Assembly: GCA_030167145.1 (NCBI GenBank)
Contig: CP126532.1
Location: 4,890,001 to 4,922,000, forward strand
DNA: 32,000 nt
Source: Ktedonobacterales bacterium
GTDB taxonomy: Bacteria; Chloroflexota; Ktedonobacteria; Ktedonobacterales; JADMIN01
Direction: 5' to 3'
Made by a program: the position numbers and the translations under genes. The notes beneath the pieces were generated by a model. It ran no database searches. It was given only the letters and a program-made list of their open reading frames with translations, and had not been told where the DNA came from. Below are positions 1 to 7,371 of this stretch, one piece after another; within the stretch, counting starts at the first letter, position 1; every line of letters starts with the position of its first letter.

Positions 1-1
1 G

Positions 2-697
2 CTCATCATCTCCGTCGGCACCCAGGTTCCCCATGCCGTCGGCTTCGCAATTGGTTGTAAGCTCGATCACGAGCCGACCGCCGTACTCGTTGGCTTCGGA
101 GAAGGCTCCACCTCCACCGGCGACTGGCACGAAGCGATGAACTTCGCGGGTGTGTTCAAGGCTCCCGTCGTCTTCCTCTGCGAGAATAACCAGTGGGCCA
201 TCTCCGTACCCATGCGCGAGCAGGTCGCCGGGCGTGTTGCCGACCGCGCGGCGGGCTACGGATTTCCCGGCCTCCGTATAGATGGCAGCGACGTGCTCAC
301 TGTCTATACCGTCGTGCGCGCCGCCGCCGACCGTGCGCGCCATGGCGAAGGCCCCTATCTTGTCGAGGCGCTCACCTATCGCTTCCAGGCCCATACCACC
401 TCCGACGATCCTACGCGCTACCGCACCGACGCCGATGTCGAGCCGTGGCGCGCGAAAGACTCCATTGCCCGCGCCACCGCCCGCCTGCGCGACCGTGGCG
501 CATTCTCCGACGACTTCGAGCGCGCGGTCGCGGCGGAAGCCGAGGAAACCGCGCTGGCCATGCGCGCGACGCTGCTCAGCGCCGCCACACCACATCCCGG
601 CCAGGCCTTCGATCTCGTCTTCGCCAATCCACCCGCGAGCCTGCTGCGCGAGCAAGCTGAATTCGTCGCCGAACTAGAGCCAGGGAGCGCCGAATGA
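2..697 (+). CDS. 2-oxo acid dehydrogenase E1 component alpha subunit (TPP-dependent; PDH/BCKDH/acetoin type), 5' end cut by window edge
   Basis: The frame is open from nt 2. The translation ...GFGEGSTSTGDWHEAMNFAGVFKAPVVFLCENNQWAIS...YRFQAHTTSDDPTRYR is typical of E1-alpha. Its stop overlaps the E1-beta start (ATGA at 694-697). Confidence 0.9.
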   Translation, partial: LIISVGTQVPHAVGFAIGCKLDHEPTAVLVGFGEGSTSTGDWHEAMNFAGVFKAPVVFLCENNQWAISVPMREQVAGRVADRAAGYGFPGLRIDGSDVLTVYTVVRAAADRARHGEGPYLVEALTYRFQAHTTSDDPTRYRTDADVEPWRAKDSIARATARLRDRGAFSDDFERAVAAEAEETALAMRATLLSAATPHPGQAFDLVFANPPASLLREQAEFVAELEPGSAE

Positions 698-1668
698 CCA
701 CCATCACCATGGGCAAGGCCCTCAACGAAGCGCTGCGCGACGCCCTGCGCGACGACCCGCGCGTCCTCGTCTATGGCGAAGACGTGGGCCGGTTGGGCGG
801 CGTCTTCCGCGTCACCGACGGCCTGCGCGCCGAGTTCGGCGAAGAGCGCGTCTTCGATACGCCGCTCGCCGAATCCACCATCGCCGCCATCGCCGTCGGC
901 CTCGCCATCAAAGGCTTCCATCCCGTCGCCGAGATGCAGTTCGACGCCTTCTCCTATCCCGCTTTCAACCAGATCACCAGCAACCTCGCCAAATATCACA
1001 CCCGCACCCAGGGCGCATGCAACATGCAGGCCGTCATTCGCATCCCCTACGGCGGCAATATCGGAGCGGTCGAGCATCACTCCGAAAGCCCCGAAACGTA
1101 CTACGTCCATACGGCTGGTCTCAAAGTCGTCACGCCTTCCACCCCCGCCGACGCCTATGGGCTGCTGCGCGCCGCCATAGCCGACCCCGATCCAGTCATC
1201 TTCCTCGAACCCAAGGCCCGCTACTGGAGCAGACAAGACCTCGACCTGCCCGCGCCGCCGCTGCCACTGGACCGCGCGCAGATTGTCCGTCCCGGAACAG
1301 ACGGGACCATCATCGCCTACGGCCCAACCGTGCAGGTCGCGTTGGCCGCCGCCGAAGCCGCCGAAGCCGAGGGCGCGTCGCTCGAAGTCGTAGACCTGCG
1401 CAGCCTCTCGCCGCTCGATCTCGACACCCTCAGCGCCTCGGTCCGCAAGACCAAACGCGCCGTTGTCGTCCACGAAGCGCCAGTCTTCATGGGCATCGGC
1501 GCGGAGATTGCCGCGCGCCTGATGCACGACCTCTTCGATGTTCTTGCCGCTCCCGTCGAGCGTGTCGGCAGCGCCACCGTCCCCTATCCGCCCGCCCGCG
1601 TTGAAAAGCTCTTCCTCCCGGACGCCGACCGCGTTCTGGAGGCCGTTGACCGCACACGACAATATTAG
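694..1668 (+). CDS. 2-oxo acid dehydrogenase E1 component beta subunit
   Basis: 324 aa. MTTITMGKALNEALRDALRDDPRVLVYGEDVG..FRVT.GL...FGEERVFDTPLAES is the classic E1-beta (transketolase-like) N-terminus. It is translationally coupled to E1-alpha. Confidence 0.92.
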   Translation: MTTITMGKALNEALRDALRDDPRVLVYGEDVGRLGGVFRVTDGLRAEFGEERVFDTPLAESTIAAIAVGLAIKGFHPVAEMQFDAFSYPAFNQITSNLAKYHTRTQGACNMQAVIRIPYGGNIGAVEHHSESPETYYVHTAGLKVVTPSTPADAYGLLRAAIADPDPVIFLEPKARYWSRQDLDLPAPPLPLDRAQIVRPGTDGTIIAYGPTVQVALAAAEAAEAEGASLEVVDLRSLSPLDLDTLSASVRKTKRAVVVHEAPVFMGIGAEIAARLMHDLFDVLAAPVERVGSATVPYPPARVEKLFLPDADRVLEAVDRTRQY

Positions 1669-1681
1669 GAGTGCTCAATAA

Positions 1682-3010
1682 ATGGGTCAATTTCGTTTGC
1701 CTGACCTGGGCGAAGGTCTCGAAGAAGCGCAACTCGTCGAATGGCTGGTGAAGACCGGCGATAGCGTCAATCTCAACCAGCCGCTCTGCCAGGTGGAGAC
1801 CGCCAAAGCGCTCGTGGACATCCCCTCGCCCTTTGCGGGTACGATCACTGCGCTCCATGCCGCCCCAGGCGACACCGTGCCCGTCGGCGCGCTCCTCGTC
1901 ACCATCGAAGAACCTGCCTCCGCCGCGTCTCACGCTCCCGCCGCACCTGCCTCCGCCGCCACCAACGACGGCGGGCATGGCCCCGTCTTGGTGGGCTACG
2001 GCACCGAAGGCCCCGCGCAGACCTTCGTTCGCCGTCGCCGCGCTGGCGCTACCCCTGCCGCATCGGTCGTCGCTTCCGCGCCCGCTCCATCTGCCCCTGC
2101 TACGACCTCCACGCTCGCAGCCACTCCCGCCGCTGACAGCGTGAACGCCAGCCCCCTCGTCCGCAAAGTCGCCGCCGAGCGTGGCATTGACCTTAGCGCG
2201 ATTCGTGGCACTGGCCCCGGCGGTCGCATCCGCATGGAAGACCTTGATGCCGCCCCCGCTGTAGGGGCGTCCGGCGGACGCCCAGCCACATCTACGCCCA
2301 TCGCCACTGCCGACGACGAAGAGCGCATCAGCACGGTGGGCCTGCGCAAAGCCATCGCCGCGCGTATGCTCAGGGCCGCCACCACCATTCCTCACTTCAC
2401 CGAATACGCCCAGTTCGATGTCTCCGCGCTCACCGCACTGCGCGAGCGGCTACGCGCCCAGCCCGACTATGCCGATGTCAAGCTCACCTTCCTGCCGTTC
2501 TTCGCCCGTGCCCTGGTCGAAGCCATCCGGGCCTATCCCGTCCTCAACTCGCGCTGGGATGACGAAGGCAACGCCATCGTCGTCAAGAAATCCATCTCCG
2601 TCGGCATCGCCACCGACACCCCGCGCGGCCTGCTCGTTCCCGTTGTCCACAACGCCCATACGCTGGATTTGCACGCCCTCGCCACCGAAGCCAACCGCCT
2701 CATCGGCCTCGCGCGTGACGGCAAGCTCGACGCCAAATCGCTCTCCGGCAGCACCATCACTATCACCAATGTTGGCGCCGCTGGCCCCGTAGATACCGGC
2801 GCGCCGCTCATCAACCCACCTGAGGCCTGTGTCGTCGGTTTCGGCGCCATCAAGACCCGCCCCTGGGTCGTTGGCGACCATATTGTGCCGCGTCCCGTCG
2901 CCTGGATCTCTATCTCCTGCGATCATCGCATCGTAGATGGCGCGACCGCCGCCCAGTTTATGGGCGCACTGGTCAACCGCCTCGAATCCCCTGACACCCT
3001 GCTCTCGTGA
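1682..3010 (+). CDS. Dihydrolipoamide acyltransferase (E2) with one lipoyl domain, a peripheral subunit-binding domain and a catalytic domain
   Basis: 442 aa. It has the lipoyl-lysine context VETAKA, Ala/Pro linkers, the PSBD motif ASPLVRKVAAERGIDLSAIRGTGPGGRI, and the catalytic motif SCDHRIVDG near the C-terminus. Confidence 0.92.
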   Translation: MGQFRLPDLGEGLEEAQLVEWLVKTGDSVNLNQPLCQVETAKALVDIPSPFAGTITALHAAPGDTVPVGALLVTIEEPASAASHAPAAPASAATNDGGHGPVLVGYGTEGPAQTFVRRRRAGATPAASVVASAPAPSAPATTSTLAATPAADSVNASPLVRKVAAERGIDLSAIRGTGPGGRIRMEDLDAAPAVGASGGRPATSTPIATADDEERISTVGLRKAIAARMLRAATTIPHFTEYAQFDVSALTALRERLRAQPDYADVKLTFLPFFARALVEAIRAYPVLNSRWDDEGNAIVVKKSISVGIATDTPRGLLVPVVHNAHTLDLHALATEANRLIGLARDGKLDAKSLSGSTITITNVGAAGPVDTGAPLINPPEACVVGFGAIKTRPWVVGDHIVPRPVAWISISCDHRIVDGATAAQFMGALVNRLESPDTLLS

Positions 3011-4321
3011 GCCTGCGCCCCGTCGCAGTCCGACCTCGCCCCATCGCTCCTGCTCGCTGATGGTACGAGCGGGAGTTGCCGATTCTGCCGATTTTGTGGA
3101 TACGTGCGGTAGGCTAGAGGGGTGGTGATTGGAGGTTCCCAGTATGAATGCCGGGGGTAATCCCGTGCGGGCGAGGGTAGCGTTGGCAGTGGGAGTTGCC
3201 GATTCTGCCGATTTTTGATGGTGGGGTGTGTGGGGCGTGTGCTCTCGGCTATGAATTGCCGGAGGACGGTTGAGGCCAAGGAGGCGGATGATCTGGCGCT
3301 GGACGTTGAGGGCGACCCGCAGGTAGGCGTCGGGGTGGCAGGAGAACCTAACTCCCGGCCCCTTCCCTCGCAGGGAAGGGGAGTCAGAAGGGGAGTCAGA
3401 AGGGAAGGGAGTTGCCGATTCTGCCGATTTTTCATGAAGGGTGGTGGGGAAGGCTTGGGCGATGAGCGATTGGTGGAGGGTGGCATCGGTGTCGTAGCTG
3501 GCCCAGGCGGCGGCGAGGAGTTGGCGCAGCCCTTCGAGGGCGGTGGTGAGCTGGGCGGTGTAGGTATGGAGGGAGTCGGCGCGGATCTCGTCCTGGATGG
3601 CGGCGATCCAGGCGCGGATGGTGCGCTGGGGGACGCCGAGTTGTTGTGAGATGGCGGGCGCGCGGAGACCGTGGCAGTGGAGGGCGAAGGCTTGGTCGCG
3701 CAGGGGGATGCGGTCGGAGTGTGGCGCGTGGGTGGTTTGGGGTGGAGTTGCCGATTCTGCCGATTTTTCGATGCGTGCGCGGAGGGCAGGCGGGCTTGAA
3801 GAGGGAGTTGCCGATTCTGCCGATTTTGCGCGTGCGATGGGCTGGCGAGACGGGTGATCGTTGGGAGTCTCCAGCATGAATGCCTGGGCTAATCCCGTGC
3901 GGACGGAGGTGGCGGTAGGCAATGAAGTTGCCAATGCTGCCGATTTTTGCCGGGTGGGAGTGGTACGGTCGGAGGCGGTGATGGCGGCGAGTTCGTCGGC
4001 GAGGAGGCTGGCGAAGGTGTCGTGGGCGTCCTGGGCGGCAGGGTCAGAAGGATCGAGGGTGTCGAGGTGGTCAAGGACGGCGGCGAGATGCGGTGGGAGG
4101 GTTTGGAAGAAGGCAAAGAGTGTGGCGGGGTCGTTGTGGTCGAGGGCATGGTAAGCGTCGGCGAGCGCGGTGGGAGATGGGGGACGATCCAGGGGCTGAT
4201 GTTGTGCGGTGAATGAAGGAGGCTCCGCAGGCTGAAGACCTGCGGGTAATCCTGAGCCGACAGATTGCGTAGTGGGTGCGGTGGGTGCGCTGTTGGTTGG
4301 GTAGGCGCGGATGGCGGACAT
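2450..4321 (-). CDS. Hypothetical HTH-domain protein (regulator or terminase-small-subunit-like) carrying in-frame repeat modules. The native 3' end is unclear; the formal ORF runs antisense into E2.
   Basis: ATG at 4321 is preceded by AGGAGG with an 8-nt spacer (CCAGGAGGTTCCAACCATG on the minus strand). An HTH-like segment GLRAPAISQQLGVPQRTIRAWIAAI is encoded at about 3603-3670. Non-repeat segments use the C-ending codons typical of the neighbouring genes. There is no stop until 2450, which is 561 nt inside the convergent E2 gene. Confidence 0.5.
   Translation of the reverse strand: MSAIRAYPTNSAPTAPTTQSVGSGLPAGLQPAEPPSFTAQHQPLDRPPSPTALADAYHALDHNDPATLFAFFQTLPPHLAAVLDHLDTLDPSDPAAQDAHDTFASLLADELAAITASDRTTPTRQKSAALATSLPTATSVRTGLAQAFMLETPNDHPSRQPIARAKSAESATPSSSPPALRARIEKSAESATPPQTTHAPHSDRIPLRDQAFALHCHGLRAPAISQQLGVPQRTIRAWIAAIQDEIRADSLHTYTAQLTTALEGLRQLLAAAWASYDTDATLHQSLIAQAFPTTLHEKSAESATPFPSDSPSDSPSLRGKGPGVRFSCHPDAYLRVALNVQRQIIRLLGLNRPPAIHSREHTPHTPHHQKSAESATPTANATLARTGLPPAFILGTSNHHPSSLPHVSTKSAESATPARTISEQERWGEVGLRRGAGSREQGVRGFEAVDQCAHKLGGGRAIYDAMIAGDRDPGDGTRHNMVANDPGAGLDGAETDDTGLRWVDERRAGIYGASGANIGDSDGAAGERFGVELAVTREADEAVGFGGEGVQIQRMGVVDNGNEQAARGVGGDADGDGFLDDDGVAFVIPARVEDGIGPDGFDQGTGEERQEGELDIGIVGLGA
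3072..3215. repeat. Composite module A-B-A, copy 1 (A1, B1 at 3131-3180, A2)
   Basis: The 144-nt unit is bounded by two A 24-mers exactly 120 nt apart. Its interior contains AGTATGAATGCCGGGGGTAATCCCGTGCGG. Confidence 0.9.
3359..3381. other. Perfect 10-bp GC-rich hairpin (CCCCTTCCCT-CGC-AGGGAAGGGG) inside the HTH ORF, next to a 12-nt tandem duplication
   Basis: The inverted repeat was read directly. GGGGAGTCAGAA x2 follows at about 3378-3401 and encodes PSDSPSDS on the minus strand. Confidence 0.7.
3804..3947. repeat. Composite module A-B-A, copy 2 (A5, B2 at 3863-3912, A6)
   Basis: It has the same 120-nt A-to-A spacing and the same 59-nt A-to-B offset as copy 1. Its interior contains AGCATGAATGCCTGGGCTAATCCCGTGCGG. 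By hand alignment the interior is only roughly 70-80% identical to copy 1, while the A ends are conserved. Confidence 0.9.
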
Positions 4322-4561
4322 GGTTGGAACCTCCTGGTTGGTTGCGAGACGACGATGATAGGTGGCGATATGCGGGCGCACGCCGTGCGCCCCTACGAAG
4401 GTAGGCAGACTGGAAGGTCCGGCCCACCGATGGGCCGCCGAGACGGCGGCGGTACAAAAGCAGTGGGCAAAGAGAAAGCGCCGCGCGGTCCCGTGGGGCG
4501 TGTAGGTATGCCCAGGGAGAGTGCGCGGCGCCGGATCTACGGCTCACCGTGATTGGTTAGA

Positions 4562-4590
4562 AGTATAGACCATTTGTTCTATAAATGCAA
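4562..4590 (-). promoter_or_regulatory. Near-consensus sigma-70-type promoter reading leftward toward the HTH ORF
   Basis: The minus strand reads TTGCAT (4590-4585), a 17-nt spacer, then TATACT (4567-4562). It sits in a locally AT-rich patch that also contains the small inverted repeat TATAGA-N8-TCTATA. Confidence 0.6.
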
Positions 4591-4632
4591 GGGCGGCGCG
4601 AGGAGGCGGCACGAGTAGGACGTGGCAGAAAC

Positions 4633-4729
4633 GCCAGAGGTAATCCCGTGCGAACGAAACAGCCAGTGGGCAAGATAAGCGATAGCGGAAGTTCGTAGCA
4701 TGAATGCCACGGATAATCCCGTTGCGCGG
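4633..4729. repeat. Two further copies of repeat family B outside the ORF (B3 at 4633-4656, B4 at 4687-4729)
   Basis: B3 reads GCCAGAGGTAATCCCGTGCGAACG. B4 reads GGAAGTTCGTAGCATGAATGCCACGGATAATCCCGTTGCGCGG. Both share the core ATGAATGCC-N5-TAATCCCGTGCG with B1 and B2. A degenerate copy (GGGTAATCC) lies at about 4235-4243 inside the ORF. Confidence 0.8.
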
Positions 4730-4955
4730 GGTCAGCCGTTTAGTAACGAGCGATACTCGCGACCAGGATTAGAGCAAACCGCAGAAAGGTGAAACAGGCG
4801 GCCAGTGATCAAGTTCGGTCTGGCGCCGCAGCCATCGCAACCCGCCTGCTCAATGTTTCGCAGATTGGCTCTAGCCTCGGCTCTTCAGGCCGAGAATCAC
4901 CTATGCCCGCGATCTCGTACCGCCATGCGGATGCGTCGTTCTGCCATCGCACCAC

Positions 4956-5906
4956 TCACCACGGCAGATGGAATAGTCCCAGCGCCAGCGGCGCGAAGAT
5001 CAAGAACGAGAACAGCCCCGCCGCCAGACTGTAGTATGCGAACGGGGTCAGCCGCCCCGTTTCGAAGTACCGCGTCAGGAATCTCACGCTAAAGAGCGCC
5101 GCCGCGAACGCCACCACGAATCCGATACCCGCATCCATCAGGATATGCGTCCCCGCGTGCCGCAGCTTCGGAATCTCCAGCAGTGATGCCGCCAGAATCA
5201 CCGGCGTCGCCAGCAGAAACGTGAAGCGCAGCGCATCCTCATGGCGCAGCTTCGCTTGCAGCGCCGCCACCATCGTGATGCCAGAGCGCGAGATTCCCGG
5301 CAGCAGCGCACCCGCCTGCGCGAAGCCGATGAAAAACGCCTGCTTGAAGGTCAGGTCGTCAATCGTATTGAACGCCTGCTCTTGCTTCACACGATCTACG
5401 CCCGCAGGCTCCGCGCGCTGCCGCATCCGCTCGCCCAGCAGCAGAATCGCCCCGTTCAGGCAGAGGAATGCAGCAGGCAGCACCGGCCATTGCACCGAAA
5501 AGAACACCTTGTCTATCGTCTTCTCTAGCGCTAGCCCCAGGATGCCCACTGGAATCGTCCCCACAATCACCAGCCAGATCGTCCGCCCCTGCGGGTCTAC
5601 ATCCAGCCGCCGCGCCATCAGCGTCTTAAAGAACGCCCGTACCAGCGCCAGCCAGTCGCGCCAGTAGAACACCACCAGCGCCACCGCCGTGCCCAGGTGC
5701 AGCGTCACCACAATCGGCAGAAACGTCTCCGACGTGGTGAGGTCGCCCCAGCCCAGCAGCCCCGGAATGATGATCGTATGCCCCAGGCTGCTGATCGGGA
5801 ACAGTTCCGCCACCCCCTGCAACAGCGCCAGCACGATCACCTGTATCAGCATCTGCATACCCGCCGCCATCCCCTTCACACTGGTGGGGCGCGCATCACG
5901 CCCCAT
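4956..5906 (-). CDS. uppP: Undecaprenyl-diphosphate phosphatase (BacA/UppP)
   Basis: It is a polytopic membrane protein with LLQGVAELFPISSLGH near the N-terminus and the PGISRSG motif. The true start is probably internal (MQMLIQV..., about 5858). Confidence 0.9.
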   Translation of the reverse strand: MGRDARPTSVKGMAAGMQMLIQVIVLALLQGVAELFPISSLGHTIIIPGLLGWGDLTTSETFLPIVVTLHLGTAVALVVFYWRDWLALVRAFFKTLMARRLDVDPQGRTIWLVIVGTIPVGILGLALEKTIDKVFFSVQWPVLPAAFLCLNGAILLLGERMRQRAEPAGVDRVKQEQAFNTIDDLTFKQAFFIGFAQAGALLPGISRSGITMVAALQAKLRHEDALRFTFLLATPVILAASLLEIPKLRHAGTHILMDAGIGFVVAFAAALFSVRFLTRYFETGRLTPFAYYSLAAGLFSFLIFAPLALGLFHLPW

Positions 5907-5949
5907 CAGTATCGAACACGATCAATCCCGTATGTTCACAACTACCAGA

Positions 5950-7188
5950 TTAGCAGTTGCCGGTGTTCATCTTCGGCACAACATTCGTGTTGAAGTCGTT
6001 GAGATCTTTGCCGTAGATAATCTTGCCGCATTTGTCGCTAACGAAGTAGAAATACGGGAACTTGCTAGGCGGTTGCGGCGTTGCGGCAGCGGTGATCTCG
6101 CTCAGAATAGGAGCCGCGATAGGTCCAGGCACAAGCCCCTTGTGCGTATAGGTGTTGTATGGATTGTTTGGGGAAATGTTCTTGCCTCCATCGGCCAGAT
6201 CTTTCCACCAGTGCCCGTCTTGTGGCGCTTTATCTGTATCACGAGCATACTCGACCGATGGATCAGAGCCAAAGAACCCTACCGTATCTCCAGGAGGGGT
6301 CTTGCCTGTAGTAACGGCCACCCAATCAAGGAAGCGATTGTGATAGACGTTCGCTACTCCCGTCGCGTCGCTATAGTTGTTGATCTCACGTGCGGTAAGC
6401 GATGCAATGATCAGCGTGTCATACAGCCCAACTACATCATCTTTCGTGTTGTAGGCTGCATTCATCGCGTCGAAGATATTCTGGTTGTTGCTGCCAACTG
6501 TCACCGCATGCGCACGGCACTGTGTGTGATCTTGCACATATGCGCCAGGCTGGCCGTCTGGGCCAGGGCAGAGTTGCTCGCCAAGCTCGGTGAGCATCGT
6601 CTCGATCACCTTCTTCTCGTCGGCCTGGGTGTCCATATAGTAGGTATCGGGATAGAGGTAGCCTTCCAGCGCGTTGTGGACATTCGCGCCCTTCTTCTGC
6701 GGCACGAACCAGAACTCCGACGACACTGGCGTCCCATCCATGAAATTGCCGGTCTGCACAATCTTCATGAAGTTATCGGCATTGAAGTTTGGCAGCCCCG
6801 TGATGTGAGCGGGATACTGCTCCACGCGCAGCATATCGGGCACGGTCACGATGATGAAGTCCGGCTTGCCATTCTGCAGCGCCGAGATGATCTGGTCCAT
6901 CGTCATGCCGGCTCGCAGCTTGTACACCCCTTGCTCGATGCCCTGGTCCAGGTGCTTATACCGCGCCAGCAGCCGGAACGCGAGCGCGTTGCGAATCAGC
7001 CCAACCTTTTGCAGGTTGTTCGCCACATCCGTCGCCGTATCACCCGAATGCACCTGAAAGTTCACCACCGCGCTCGACCCAGAGATTGCGGGCTGTGTCA
7101 CGAAGAGCGCCGCCGCCGTGCCACCGAAGCCGCACGCAAACGCCAGCAACGCGAAAATGATCGTCACCACCAGTCCGGTCTTCTTCAT
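5950..7188 (-). CDS. mltG: Endolytic murein transglycosylase MltG/YceG family
   Basis: 412 aa with an N-terminal TM anchor. It has a LysM-like segment (VHSGDTATDVANNLQKVGLIRNALAFRLLARY) and YceG core motifs (ASLTAREI..., VYHNRF, NPYNTYTHKGLVPGPIAAP). It lies downstream of ruvX, as in many bacteria. Confidence 0.88.
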   Translation of the reverse strand: MKKTGLVVTIIFALLAFACGFGGTAAALFVTQPAISGSSAVVNFQVHSGDTATDVANNLQKVGLIRNALAFRLLARYKHLDQGIEQGVYKLRAGMTMDQIISALQNGKPDFIIVTVPDMLRVEQYPAHITGLPNFNADNFMKIVQTGNFMDGTPVSSEFWFVPQKKGANVHNALEGYLYPDTYYMDTQADEKKVIETMLTELGEQLCPGPDGQPGAYVQDHTQCRAHAVTVGSNNQNIFDAMNAAYNTKDDVVGLYDTLIIASLTAREINNYSDATGVANVYHNRFLDWVAVTTGKTPPGDTVGFFGSDPSVEYARDTDKAPQDGHWWKDLADGGKNISPNNPYNTYTHKGLVPGPIAAPILSEITAAATPQPPSKFPYFYFVSDKCGKIIYGKDLNDFNTNVVPKMNTGNC

Positions 7189-7371
7189 CCTCGCCGTCCC
7201 CCTCTATTGCATCCCATATCAGCCTATGCTGCATTGTTGGTGTGTATAGAACGGGCGTAAGCCCGCGTCGCCTGTGTGTCGGCCCTTGAGAGCCGCGAGT
7301 GCGCCAATCAAGTCGTGCCAGTTTCAACCGATGCCCATCCTAGTATGTGACACGAATGTTAAATTTCCTTC

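Larger units (their letters stand above)
3072..3947. repeat. Dispersed direct-repeat family A: the 24-mer GGAGTTGCCGATTCTGCCGATTTT, five perfect copies and one diverged copy
   Basis: Perfect copies lie at 3072-3095, 3192-3215, 3408-3431, 3744-3767 and 3804-3827. A copy with 3 mismatches lies at 3924-3947. Each contains an internal tandem TGCCGATT-N-TGCCGATT. Start-to-start distances are 120, 216, 336, 60 and 120 nt. Confidence 0.95.

Noticed and set aside
418-1662. Long antisense ORFs: 418-1662(-), 1487-2395(-), 5689-7260(+), 14003-14878(-), 14073-15164(-), 15168-16058(-), 25451-26134(-), 27813-28451(-), 28530-29123(-), 29850-31091(+), 19502-20098(+), 19891-20856(+), 22501-23253(+)
   Set aside because: Each lies opposite, or out of frame to, a gene with a clear family signature. 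Their translations are Gly/Arg/Asp/Glu/Val- or Arg/Pro/Ser-rich in the way typical of shadow frames in GC-rich DNA, and they lack SD sequences.
3072-3947. CRISPR array formed by the 24-nt repeats
   Set aside because: Spacer lengths are irregular (36 to 312 nt). The repeat has no CRISPR-like palindromic core. All copies sit in one reading frame of an SD-preceded ORF. No cas genes or leader are present in the window.
3072-3947. Diversity-generating retroelement TR/VR pair (the two 144-nt modules)
   Set aside because: In a hand alignment, mismatches between the modules affect all four bases, with no adenine-specific pattern. No reverse transcriptase or accessory gene is nearby.
3011-4760. Calling the whole repeat-rich locus a prophage remnant or mobile element
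   Set aside because: There is no integrase, transposase, terminal inverted repeat or target-site duplication. The only hint is a small HTH protein with a terminase-small-subunit-like look, which is too weak to support a mobile_element feature.
4874-4893. Hairpin CTCGGC-TCTTCAG-GCCGAG as the uppP terminator
   Set aside because: The stem is short (6 bp) and no U-tract follows on the minus strand, so there is not enough evidence to call a terminator.
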